From IMG/VR virus record IMGVR_UViG_3300042868_009489: DNA of 64,000 nt; one strand, given 5' to 3'. The notes beneath the pieces were generated by a model. The model saw nothing but the letters and a program-made list of their open reading frames with translations. It was not told the DNA's origin and made no database searches. Shown here piece by piece: positions 12,301-21,345 of this stretch. A program made the position numbers and the translations under genes. This stretch comes from a virus. Position 1 is the first letter of the stretch; each line of letters opens with the position of its first letter.

Positions 12301-14674
12301 GATTAACAGTATACTCAACGATATTTCCTGTTGAAGTTGTTATAACTGAATCTAAATCTCTATGATATCCAGCTGATTCATTAATATCAATACCAAAATT
12401 AGCCAACATTTGATTCCAAAAAGTTCTACCTGTATCAGTCAAACCTTTTTCTTCAGCAGATTGAAATCCAGATACGTCTGGAGTAAATATTTTAGTTTGA
12501 GTTTCAGCTGGCATATAGAATGATAAGTTGCTACCATTCGTCCATTCTCTAATTACGTTGGTCGTAAACACTTCGTTCTTATAGCCTAGGAGAGCGTCGT
12601 TAACGATCTTCGAAGGAGATATCCCAGCTTGGGCCGAGAGCCTATCAGAGGCGGCCTGTATGCCTCTTAGATCGTCCTGAGTGACATCTCCGTCTCTATC
12701 GGTGTCAAGCATTGCTTTTGCTATGTCTTGAGTATTTTCGCCCTCTTTACCAAACATTAAAAATTCTTCATTTATATAATTATGAAGAGCTCCAGCTGCC
12801 TTGCCCATATACTGCCTAAACTTACCCCAATGAATAGCTTGGTTAAAGTCATTGAGCATTGGTAGGAACGGCTTATGATTAAAGTTGTATAGATTTAATG
12901 TAACCACTAAAGCAAACGGGTAACTTGGTATTGTGGAAATTGACATACCTTGAAGAGCAACGCCAGTTATTCCATATACGGAATTTAAATAATGATTTCT
13001 AATTGGAAGAAATGGAGCGTATTTAAACGCGGCAACTAAACCTCTTAAAGATGAAAGAAACTTATCTATCTTTTCTTCATTATCACCATTGCCACTAAAG
13101 TCTATTGTGAAGTTATCCTTAAGGGTAATCTTTGAAGCGTCTTCAATTGAGATACCCCATATCTCCTCATAGTTTGGAAAGAACAATTGCATACTGATAG
13201 TTGTGTGTTTGTATCCAGAATTAAACTTTGGACTATTTTTTTGTCTTAGCGCGCCTTCGCCCATGCTACTTGTTTTGAATTGAGTTTGTACGTCAATACC
13301 AATTGGTGGCACATAGAAATTAGCTGCTCCTAATCTAAGATGAAATATATCAGGAGAAGACGGTGGAATATTTTGCCTAAATGGAAACTCTGCAATAGCT
13401 TTTTCTATTCTTTGACCAGTGTTAATAAGATCCCATGCACCGGTAAAGATGTTCTCACCATTGACCTGGCCAAGGGAAGCCATCAAATCGTTTAATATTG
13501 CTTGACCATCATTAAGCGGATCTTCTGATCCACCACCTTTTCCATCGTTTGAATAGTCAGCCGTTGCTGCTAGCGCGGCAAAGAAAAAATTAACTAGCTC
13601 TGGGAAATACCTGTAGATGGTAGCTAGCGTTACTGGATCTCTAGAGAGTCTTTGTAAGACAACAGTAAGCTGCTGAAGCCAACCAGTATCTCTCACTCCA
13701 TCTAATACATTAGCTGCACCGGCGCTACCCTTTACTCTTTCAAGAGTAGACAGTCTAGCTCTACCAAATGCCTGCATTGCGTCGATGTAGCTTAATAGAT
13801 CAAAAAGACCAGATGCCTCAATTTTATCAAACAAAGATTTTTGATAAGTATCATTTAACTGATATATTTCCATACTTGGAGATGCAACTGCTATAAATTG
13901 ATTAACATAATTATCCTGAAAGGCTTTATCAAAAACAAAACTTGCATTGTTTTTTCTTACTAGACTTTCATAATACGAAGAAATTGAGGAATAAGAGCTA
14001 TCGGAATGATCAAAACCAATTATAGCTGCTCCACGCTGTATAAATTCTTCTAAAGCCGTTGCCCTGTCTATGTCTGTACCAAGTGAATTCTCGTCAACGG
14101 CTGGAGGTTCTTGAACATCTTCTGGTGTTTGTGGCGTTTCTTCTGAATTATCACTACCTATATTAAAGTCTTTTATTCTCTGTCCAATAAAACTAGCCAT
14201 TGTTGTAGCTGACTCTATATAGTGCCAGCACGAATCAACCTTAGAAAAAGGTTCGCTATACCATGTTTCGAATGCTTTTGCGTAAGCTACGTCTGTTAAA
14301 TTAACATTTGTAGTTGGTATTTTTTTATCAAACTTTTTTAGAATGCCAATTATATAATCAGTTGGATTTTCACCATTCCTTTTTGTATCCTGCACTTTAA
14401 TAGCAGCAATTGCCGCATTGCGCCAAGCAATATCATTAAAATCAGGTGGAGCAATTTTGATACCCCATGGCAATTGAGGGACACCAGCCCACACACCTAT
14501 TGTGCCAGGAAATCCAGGTAGAACTGTTTGTAATTTAGCTAATGCTGGCCCAGATTGTATGTTTGAATTTGCATTTAATGTTATCTGTTGAATCTCTAAA
14601 AAGTAATCGTCTGCTTGCTGCTTGGTGGTAAACTGTTCTTTTATGTAGTCGAATGCTTGTTGATTTATGGTCAT
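3302..14674 (-). CDS. Giant 3790-aa virion protein, baseplate hub-like, with a degenerate thermonuclease-like C-terminal domain
   Basis: Uninterrupted 11.4-kb ORF; LKPGVRVHLRVGYG...IFNGVITEV and GELIVIGSADIRPHD...FEVEQVVHHF resemble gp27/gpD-type hub segments; NVIDGDEIEV...KVRLEGI resembles SNase; lies downstream of tape-measure-like genes. Confidence 0.6.
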   Translation of the reverse strand: MTINQQAFDYIKEQFTTKQQADDYFLEIQQITLNANSNIQSGPALAKLQTVLPGFPGTIGVWAGVPQLPWGIKIAPPDFNDIAWRNAAIAAIKVQDTKRNGENPTDYIIGILKKFDKKIPTTNVNLTDVAYAKAFETWYSEPFSKVDSCWHYIESATTMASFIGQRIKDFNIGSDNSEETPQTPEDVQEPPAVDENSLGTDIDRATALEEFIQRGAAIIGFDHSDSSYSSISSYYESLVRKNNASFVFDKAFQDNYVNQFIAVASPSMEIYQLNDTYQKSLFDKIEASGLFDLLSYIDAMQAFGRARLSTLERVKGSAGAANVLDGVRDTGWLQQLTVVLQRLSRDPVTLATIYRYFPELVNFFFAALAATADYSNDGKGGGSEDPLNDGQAILNDLMASLGQVNGENIFTGAWDLINTGQRIEKAIAEFPFRQNIPPSSPDIFHLRLGAANFYVPPIGIDVQTQFKTSSMGEGALRQKNSPKFNSGYKHTTISMQLFFPNYEEIWGISIEDASKITLKDNFTIDFSGNGDNEEKIDKFLSSLRGLVAAFKYAPFLPIRNHYLNSVYGITGVALQGMSISTIPSYPFALVVTLNLYNFNHKPFLPMLNDFNQAIHWGKFRQYMGKAAGALHNYINEEFLMFGKEGENTQDIAKAMLDTDRDGDVTQDDLRGIQAASDRLSAQAGISPSKIVNDALLGYKNEVFTTNVIREWTNGSNLSFYMPAETQTKIFTPDVSGFQSAEEKGLTDTGRTFWNQMLANFGIDINESAGYHRDLDSVITTSTGNIVEYTVNQKIVQSIDILTAGRNTTDFQKKAYDFIITSFIFQNPQLDSNRKAYLRDFDRTENAYEDTERYVFGAIVFQDETLSQIKSFFKSKALTTTSYLDFLVDEYLQKRAINAGKTKDDEWKENERSIIKKQFAAGYSSMVYERFFKAGPIRDLMEAARERNGSFHIREWEVPMIRVDIDPANAIVTDVSISMSNNIIPLQVQMQDEPTYQHIGGGDSYINISMKVFGEKELIKLRKIFDHINGLARLEHAAGVMGFLGIKNIITALAGVKYVLPLSFNVSTIPNFPHVYDVSLRLVDFDIFQQKREQLSSDQQRKMIEEFGTKKNPFLRMKQLWGSFNSYPDFPLEIRNKDSEVVGCLDPDFYFRSFEMFDRDVIHSVTENKGKLSRLDTFNVDPSKEITVVTPYGSMTHKGSAVVAKFREYILNDQLDELKAYSRGTLGLKASETASYIMEALLDIDQPHDKFLLNYVDSLDEGEFDTKDLADSSWRLSSGQLKSGDLSSSNEEARAKLQSALGGSDDGFAEDKYVSFNPDELDAHAIINTFPAASGPGDTKIPSMIHTADGYQFGYIDKKNGRFYLTVDDVAVKKDSSVEYVGITDTQTPDVGTTKSLTGVPGAKALSEYQYSYSSGDEGKPETMKSNGNSKSVTDHWEKMMIDTQYRDISGRMVRAFPTYMLWLIDEKNFAGTKLFDNFYGLQSIIDFSVVSSEDILGDTLVFRASNMYAKLSTKEATTIFSGSGETDDKPGVDKLSLTSGLEQVIDRTLNFARNQLGHMESQYIVDIENMRLKPGVRVHLRVGYGANPNSLHTIFNGVITEVELGEIVTVTCQSDAIELSPVVNSVDKKGSSGHIDGGLNTGLYLSEPRDLMVRLLSMGTSRTKEAFAHATKKTIFSDNKFGIKHFGSILYEPLNDMERNKNAGIRNAASDALLAVGQGSGLTGGASTAAGALNPFGDNSNGTGLGASPFGIDVRLPMVGIMRTMWSNFASQPDLELYKRNIYPGNGTGVAQFLGGDLGDGWSNAASLTPGEEPNPRLEYLNRLTDSSWNNLLQRYDGGSQNASAAIDNLTLGMEARASGGTAAAVLGGGLLAAGAALAIGTGGIALPFIGGALAVGGGASLLGSLTGRGGVNIWKTFGLISDLDDDMPGFDEVSFRAQTYMKSVWDLFQMCARLLPNYIVAVRPFEDRSTVFYGKPHWLYTSAVVPITTGYPSEKRAVELGLKTPSYRSPDSELMDLLTKVNKQSNSTADYEAMRQAQNPAISISDIVQQQSSFSDIYAPAGILRGKVINFLDPWRTAYYGNSKTTKEQLTNDILSEIPKSKGYVTVGFHLPIDSTGQNASEVDIEKMKNLHVEIPQMPLRFSFPYFTDRVAGSVLLDYSFYALSTNRSGEGDDRLKTGTIHDGDKDLEKFNHDTLYRSLIDTEASLLAGSLTDKREGGTEDEFVINLASISFTAAVNPINTFGNDKFIFDLNTSGAVGTKSLVRMPLPSLLEHSRGLNELKGSWEYEYINQRTITSGSPFSYRDWGSPQYPIDEQFYIAMRWPYEITEDKDDEIFKKFKDKYFSDRDVDQFHGKPKDYKNRKVLVYSPTTRTAVVCKPAYFLWGTDKADLIYGTNQENDWSEEWVVSPRSAIAEEVDLAAVVSPDAAYYLGVMHLTENEKGYFKREKDDKGFDENRASASASALAQAGLAPVPMPRDCYFTFVDDSVPLGVVTTIYNPANEFTYKGDADMGKSYFVGFGAFAAEGDGKLLAEEASKAGAQRSGRTGSADSMERQMELLNERPTAFTNTQWKEFVPVSGITLLDQSHFAEAAARGGNILGSKDGKEGGYFDYIIKADYSPLERDALWKILDSELPTTGDEDSGSGRERFAAVYDPASPESIKAREFFDEGFSASTHVIAGNGRTLSQANDVWDQFRFGYHNEIAIKKIFFDAFGMDPDDKTPLPDFLITILRNPKANPDIFKLFSANGPDSTAVDEFSLLLGSDFITNPNARTGIPYGTADSMERQIESGSTSLVSSDTVKQAIEFARKNLVDAPLDEGGLVRYFDTLVRTKYKKLGLFLQSQSNLSLILGADVGGGQPKADDIIKDNFTPKQVFLLIVGMFRQAMWQDSYARAWLVLKPNRQYTGDDMWDFSPVHKIFAAFIDPNQDYASNKRKFLKLLADNKGEGNSAGNVVGVLTHNIDSFWDQNIGPLFTALSDGLSGLMNMFRMSMLQMGYGLSNIDNFSKQANIMNKVLNDSIYYSLGRPGSLLRAIDNPFTREYGEPVVEVREPFQKIHYISSFSTIIANNIQETITNVATQVTAVSEGKYPVTVALDKSIPAERQVEKTVETGLFFDNIMGEGLFGIAQPLFHPIEFARGAIKLSQGAPDELMARRVALAHLKESLKDIYSGELIVIGSADIRPHDLVYLADVYERMYGIFEVEQVVHHFTPNMGFITSITPNALVTINDPARWFMSSWIHSWMSIQNIRNDTRSLINSVQAGSTGILSGGDISVDGMSEALRSQMMGGVQFTHGSSALMSDIMANFAAEGLTDAQSQIENQMKQNSENGMSLKGIAATYLTTVGLTAAAAAIPFGAIAGGIAAGVASDLFWKGWSWVRDNVLDQHGCYVSYLNKNGQPMDASLAINQGMVVGRYHTKRLLPGILGVKSKVRTVDGNAFIRNDDLLKSLGWKEKEITDLVRYVSYENALVNAEVLKYSGTGPDKTGLNQYFKVICKLHNVIDGDEIEVIDLMNPTGQPFKVRLEGIIASSLGTFQAYTNTSIQAGYKPDDPTTAINVNSPGGRAAIFVSERLRDKPFVIRVSPNDQSSVSIYTEDDLSPGSRINNTNSYFKGVNYGDQEREKSLGTVFYRMLDEDKEANISIVRSFFVQNLDLSIIRKKEKFKENLYKETVFGKKFDEIYNSIYTSNMENHFEITGETDPLLTITNDERKLFNDLVNFKILEVLYSKASEWPYISWDEYYNDGAPATLNWELVTNNLAQVYTLDLLRERASTGGLDRAIPMPVYVEQKGGV

Positions 14675-14679
14675 GAATA

Positions 14680-15148
14680 CTACCTAAACATTCCTTCTAT
14701 TTTACGCATTTGCAACAGTCTGTCTCCGGAAGAATTTCTTTTTAGAGAACTTGAATAGTTATCTATTATAGCAGAATTTTTTATATTATTTGAATTATTG
14801 AATGCTAAAGAATCACCAGTAAGAGAAAAGCTTTTCTTATTATATCTTGCTTGTTGATTTACTGGATTATCATAACCAGCTCCATTGGCCTGAATATAAG
14901 CTGGAGATGAATTCATGTATCCTTCATATGATCCCTTTAGCGGATCAGATGGGGCTTCAGCTTCTGGAGAGAATCCATGTATGCTTGCTGACCTTGAATC
15001 GTTTGTTCTTTTAGCTAGCCCGTGAAGTAATTGCTGCACCAGCTGGGCTAGGAGTGCCGCTGTTGGCTTTTGGCCCTGAAGCAGCTGCCACTAAATTGGC
15101 GTTAGTTTTAGCTACCCCACCAGATCCAGTAGGAAGGTTATCAGCCAT
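14680..15148 (-). CDS. Hypothetical virion protein, about 155 aa after +1 shift at CGGG 15019-15022
   Basis: ATG at 15148 (MADNLPTG...) reads to TCA CGG GCT AGC TAA; skipping the C gives GGG CTA GCT AAA AGA, the frame of ORF 14680..15039. Confidence 0.65.
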
Positions 15149-15174
15149 AAAATAATTTATCCTTTAATTTAAAA

Positions 15175-18100
15175 TTAGAAAGAACCCGCTATATCGTCGT
15201 AAGGATTACGTCCTAGAGAAGGGAGGCTATCATGCATAGTACCTTGAACATTCCCATTTGTTACTAATCCGAGCTCTATTCATAAATTGTTCCATGTTGT
15301 CTTGATCTCCATCTACTGATATATTATAAGACATTCCTTGACCATTTTGTGAAATTGGCGCGTCTGAAAAACCCATTGGTGAATTTGGAATTCTTTCGTA
15401 CGGATTACCACCTGGTAGCAATGGGGGACCAGACATTGCTTCTTGTGTTCTTTCTTTTTTCTTAATAGATCCAAAGACTGCAAGACCAGTGGCTATTGCT
15501 GCTACACCAGCTATTTTTCCTTTATTTTTTAATGCGCCTTCATATAATTCTCTCATCTGTGGTGACTTCATGAAGTCTTGTATTCTAGTGTACTTTCCAG
15601 AAGCAGTAACGCCTGGATCGGCATAAGTCCTAGCAAGTGTTGCTCGAACTGCGCGATCTGCATCATCCTCGGCTTCACGGATAAATTTATTTCTCATCGC
15701 TTCTATTGCGTCTTCGATTGTTCCCAGTGATCTCTCAGTAGCGTCTCCTCTTAAGCTGGGAGTGAATATTCCTGGTGCTATTTCTTCACCACCTTGTAGT
15801 ATGGCGTTGAATTGAGCATACTCTGGGAGCTGAGTCTCTAACATCGCCTCATATCTTGTTCTCATTGTGCCTATTAATCTTACTCTGTTTGAAACCTTTT
15901 CTGCAATTTCAGTTTCAGTTTCAGTTGAAGAAGCAGCCGCTCTGATTCTTTGACCGATAACACCACCTGTTGGGTCTAAGTCTTCTCCATTAAAAGCAAG
16001 GAAATCTTCTAAAAATTCTAAATCTACTGAAGAGTCAGTCATACCATTAAGAATTTGTTGGACTTCTTCTGGGTTAACTAATTTGGGAACTCTTTCCAGC
16101 ATATCAATTTCAGCGTTCTTTGCCGACTGTCTATCAACTTTAAATAATCGAGACAAGAAGTCTTTATCCATTAAATTATTTGGAACTGTTAAATCTGCAT
16201 CAGCATTTTTGCTTACAAGTGCTTCTATTAAATTGACTATATCGTCAGTTTGTTTTTGTGCTCCTGTAAATTTAGTCACCTGTAATGTATGATTGATTCT
16301 AACAAAAGCAGCTAATTGTTGAACGGTAAATTTTTCTATTCCGGGTGCTGCAATCTCTATCGGCTCAGCTGATGATAGTACGTTTTCAAGCATGAAACCC
16401 ATTGCGGTGAGACCATCTTCAATTGCGGTAGGTTTTAAAATTCGTCTTGCGTTTTTCATTTCCTCTATCTCAAACAACAATTTATCCATAACCTCTTCTA
16501 CTCTATTAAACTTACTTCCATCGGGACGAAGCTCGTTTTGATATTTTTGTATATGAGCAGTAAAAAATTCTTGAACAGCATTTCTGGCTTCTTGTTCCGC
16601 AAAATCATTAGATACTCTTAGTATGCCTATGGTTGCTGTTCTTTTTCCCTCCATAGCTTTCCTTGCTCCCTTTGTTACTAAATCATTTAATTCCTCTTCA
16701 GTTGCTAAACCTCTATTTATTAATTTATCTGTTACATCTCTTCTATTGCGAAGTGTATTGCCGTTAAATGTCATATTTTCAAGATCTCTTAAAAGATTAC
16801 CCTCAATCATTAAATCATCTATTGTTTTTCCATAACTTCCGGCGGCGTTTCCTAATCGCTGTGTAATAGTTCCTTTTAACTCACCCATTGCTTCGTTTAA
16901 TGGAATCGTTTCATAAATAGTTGCAAGTCCACCTGGTGCATATTGATTATATTTCATAGTACCAAAATCTTTTGTCATTTTTGCGATTGAAGCGTTAACG
17001 TTTGCCATAATATCGTCTATATTTTTTGTTGCAAAATTTTCTTTAGCTTCCCCTTCTAAACCAAAAAGTTCAAGAAGCTTTACTTTAGCTTCCGCCCCAG
17101 ATACTTTTTTGTTTTGAAATTTCTTTCCAGGTCTCGTCATGCCATCTATCTTTTTTATGATACTACTTTCAGGAAGGTCTATTCCAAGAGCTTTAGCTAC
17201 CTTGTTCCCTCCTTCAACAATTGACTCTATCACCCTATTAACGTCACCATCGTCTGTTTTAGACGCAATGTCAGATAGTTTTAAATGTGTAGCAAAGTCG
17301 TCAAAGCCAACCATTCCTATTCCGCTAAAGTCTATATCAGGATAGAATTCTTGCAAAGCTCTTATCATACCCATTTGCTTTGCTGTATTATTAACAAGTG
17401 TTGTTCCTACATTGTCTGATGATAAATTTATGATACCAATCAGTTCTTCACTAAACTTATCGTTTCTTGCGAGTATTGTATTTACAAGATTAACCATTTC
17501 TGGAGTTTCCATTGTAAGCGCGCTTACGTCATAGGCACCGCTAGTCATTATACCAGCCCTAGTCGCTATTTCGCGGATAGCAGAATCATCTCCCATAAGG
17601 GAAAACAATGAATTTGATAATGCCCTCTGGGCAACCTCATCAGAAAAACCACCGTCTCTAGTAAGATTAAATGCCATGAGCAAACTTTGGTTTGTTGCAT
17701 TCAAATTTATTTTCATACTTGCACCTACGGCTGCGTCAATTGCACCTTCTGGGTTAAATACAAGCGATGTAGCAGCTTCCAGCCCCGTAACTAGTTTTTC
17801 TAATTCTATGTTTCCTTTACTTATTGCATACTCTTTTATCCTACCCAATGCTGCAAGTCTTTGTTCTTCTGAAGAAACTGCCCAACCAAGTCTATTCACA
17901 TATTTGCCCAGCTCTCCCGTAGCCGCAGACATTGCAGTAACATTAGATCTTTGAAGCATTGAATCTAATGTGGTTTTAACTCCGCATTGTTAGGTCTTCT
18001 AAACCTTCTCGTACTGAGTGTTTATATAATGCTCCTGATGTTCTAACAGCAAAATCCATTTCGGTTATTGTTGCACTGGCTGATCTAGTAGCTGCGATAT

Positions 18101-21100
18101 CGAAAGCTTCCTTATAAGAACCTGCTCCCATTTGTGAGTCGTACATTGTTTCGATTGCACTAATAAAATTTTTATCCTTACCGGGAGAAGCTGAAGATCT
18201 CATAATTTGAGTCAAACTACTTTGCCTATAACTTGATATGAGTCCAGCATTTCCAGATTCTAATATTTCATCTGCGTTTAACGCTAACATTGTTCCCGAT
18301 TTTGTCATAGAGGCTTTTTTAATTATTGCCTCTGATGTTGCTCCAATATTAAAATACTTGCTCTTTACTGCCTTTATTCCATTTCCGCCAGCACCCATAT
18401 ACTCATTTGCAAAATCATCTACATTAACACTCGCTTGCCCTGTAAATAACTCAACTGAAGCTCCTTGCTCTCCATTCAAGTCAACTAACTTAAATATAGC
18501 TCTTTCTAAATCTTCTTGAGTTATATCTCCAGCAGATTGTTTAAATTTTTGAGCTACATCTCTTGAACCATGAGCTAGTGAGTTAAGATACTTAAATATC
18601 TTTTGTTCCTTACTTAATTGTTCCATGCCCAAAGCTGACGGTTGGCCACTTAAATCAGATGAAAGATCAAGAACAAATCCAGTTCTATCATTTATCATCT
18701 CAGATACCGAATTAGAAACTCTTCTAAACTTTTCTCCCATTTGGGTCTCATCACCAAACATTCTCATTATTGTTTCTTCATCTAAGTGAGGTGCCATAAG
18801 TGCAAACTCTTGAGGACCAGTTGGTTGACGCCAAGCAAATGATGCAAGTTTTCTTACACCTTCACTATTTTTAATTGTTTGTAAATTAGTTATCCATTTA
18901 TCGTCTAAGTCGAATCCACCACCAGCTTCATATAGGCCTAAGCTTGAAGATGCGGCGTCTGGAATTAACATCTTGTGCCCAACATGTCTAAATTTAAACA
19001 AGGATAATTCATCTCCGAATTCAGATGTAAATCTACTAAACGTGGTGTCATCTGTAACTCCAAGAACTTTGCTACCGGCACCTCTTGACACTCTTCCTTC
19101 GGTGTCTATAGCTTGTCTTTGTGCATAAGGCATTGCGTAATTGAAGATTGGCATGTCGTCTTTTACTTTTCCGCCAACAAATCTTCTGTACACTTTTCCA
19201 GTTCTAAACGCTTCTCTTTGAGCTTGGTTTAATAGCTGGTTAGCTACATCTGGTATTTCATTTACTCTTACTTGCCCAGATGACAAAACTTGTTGTAAAT
19301 TTTTTGCATTTGCTCTAATTCCGATTGCCCTTTCCTTACTGCCGAATCTTTCAACTAACGTCTCTATATCCATACCCTCTACATCGAGATTTGCATCGTT
19401 TAATATTGATCTTCTTAATCTTTCACTTACAATTCCTTTAGATATATTGTCTATTTCTCCTTGAAGGATTTCAGAACTTTCGCTGACTTGCCTAGCAAAG
19501 TCTTCACCATATTGTTTTCCGTGGAATAACATAGCTTGCGGTTCGCTATAAACCATATCTCTACCATGGCCTGTATTTATTTGCATGGTAATTTGTTGAC
19601 CAACATGTGGACCTAGCGCTTCACTCCCAGGTGCTGAAAGCCTAGCAAAGCTGACTTCCTTCTTAAGTAGTTCAGTTGAGCCTGCACCCATATAACCAAG
19701 CCCAGCTAAACGTTCTTCTACTTCCCCTTGCACTAGGTCAAAGACAGATTTACCCTGACCCCTTCCTATAAACATTCTAGCTGTATCATGTTTAAATTCT
19801 CTTAATGCTAATTTTTGTCCTTTTAAAAAACCATCAGAATTAGTTACAATTCTATCTAGTTGAGATTTAAAACTGTCAATTTTTCCAGTAAGATGCATCG
19901 CTTCATCGCTGCCTTCTGCATAAGAGGGCAACATTCTTCTAGCTTCGTCTATCGAAGATTTTAAACTTTCTGCGTGCTGTTTCATAGGTACACCGGTGAT
20001 AAATCCAGAACCGTCATCTATCTTTTTCATTTCGCCTAGAGCGTTTACATATCTTTGATACTTACCTTTCAGGACTGGATCTATTCCATCTTGACCAGCT
20101 GTTTTTTCTATTCTTGATATAATGTCATCAAGTGATATTTTTTGATTTTTTTTATCTGCAATGCTTTCTCTAATCTGTGATTGTATAACACCTGCAAATT
20201 CATTAAACTCATCATCCCCTGTTAAACCCTGTAACTCTAAAGTTGTACGAAAATACTGTTGGGCTGATTGCGCCGTCTCTCCCTCCATGGCAATACTAGT
20301 TCCAAGTCTCTCTCTTATGATACCTAGTCTTCCCTGTTGAGTAAGTGAAGCGTCTCCTAATAATGTATTGGTATAACTTTCTTCTAAGCCAAAAGCTTTT
20401 AATGTTGTTTCCAAAGCTGGATCAAAAAACAAATATGAATCTTCAAGAGTTTTTGGAGCTACACTTCTAAATCGATTATCTACCTGTTTGGATAAATGAT
20501 TGATAACATTTCCAACTCCTTCTTGATCAATGACCATATTTCTTTCCACTAAACTTTGCCATTGCCTTTTTGGAGTTTTACCTAGTTGGTTACCTAATAT
20601 TTGTTCCGCACTTTTTCCAAAATTCATAGATCCATCAACGTCTAATGGATCTATAAGTTTTGCTAGTCTATCTATATTCAATGATTGAACATCTAGTGTA
20701 TTAAATAAAGAGACTGTTTCTTCACCGCTTAAGTACTTATACCCTTCGTCAGTTTGGTATCTTAGTCTTAAAAGAATAGAAGAATTATCTCTAGTTGATA
20801 GGTATCCTGGTGGTAGAATTTTTCCAGTAGCTAATCTTTTATCTATACCTCCATCCGCCAGTATATCTAAATCTGGGAAACTCACTGCATCGCTGTACAG
20901 ATTGGCCATTTGGTTTATTGTTTCGCCTGTAGTATCTGAATACCCAATTCTTACTAGTTCAATATTTTTTCCTTCAAGACTACTGAGTACTGCGTGCCTT
21001 GATTTAAATGCTTTTGCTTCTGGATTATCTAATCTTAAATATTCATTAATGTTATAAGTTAAATCTGAGAGAGGACCAAAACCAGAAGGGTCTGGAGACA

Positions 21101-21341
21101 AAACTCCTTTTGTTCCAGTAAATACGGATAATTCAGAAATACCACTTCGAGTTGTATCTTCTATGGCATTTGCCAAAGTATCATATGGCTTTCCGCTTAT
21201 AGAATTAACTAACTCACCACTAGAGTTAAATTTTATTAAGCCTCTTAAATATGCATCTTGTTTTTTTATAAGAGAGCTTGGTATTTCACTAATTGGTCTA
21301 CCAAGACCTAGAGCCAGCGTTGAAGGATTTACGTCTACCAT
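15175..21341 (-). CDS. Large virion (tape-measure-like or ejected) protein, about 2054 aa after two +1 shifts (CGGA 17981-17984 and 15268-15271)
   Basis: ORF 17976..21341 ends ACA ATG CGG AGT TAA; skipping C gives GVKTTLDS-MLQRSNV (ORF 15230..17959); a second shift gives GLVTNGNVQGTMHDSLPSLGRNPYDDIAGSF*. Hydrophobic Gly/Ala segment near the C-terminus. Confidence 0.7.
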
Positions 21342-21345
21342 ATTA

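Noticed and set aside
18815-18930. GGGFDLDD and WRQP motifs suggesting a virion RNA polymerase (double-psi barrel)
   Set aside because: No DxDxD triad and the motif order is reversed relative to beta-prime; would need a structure search.
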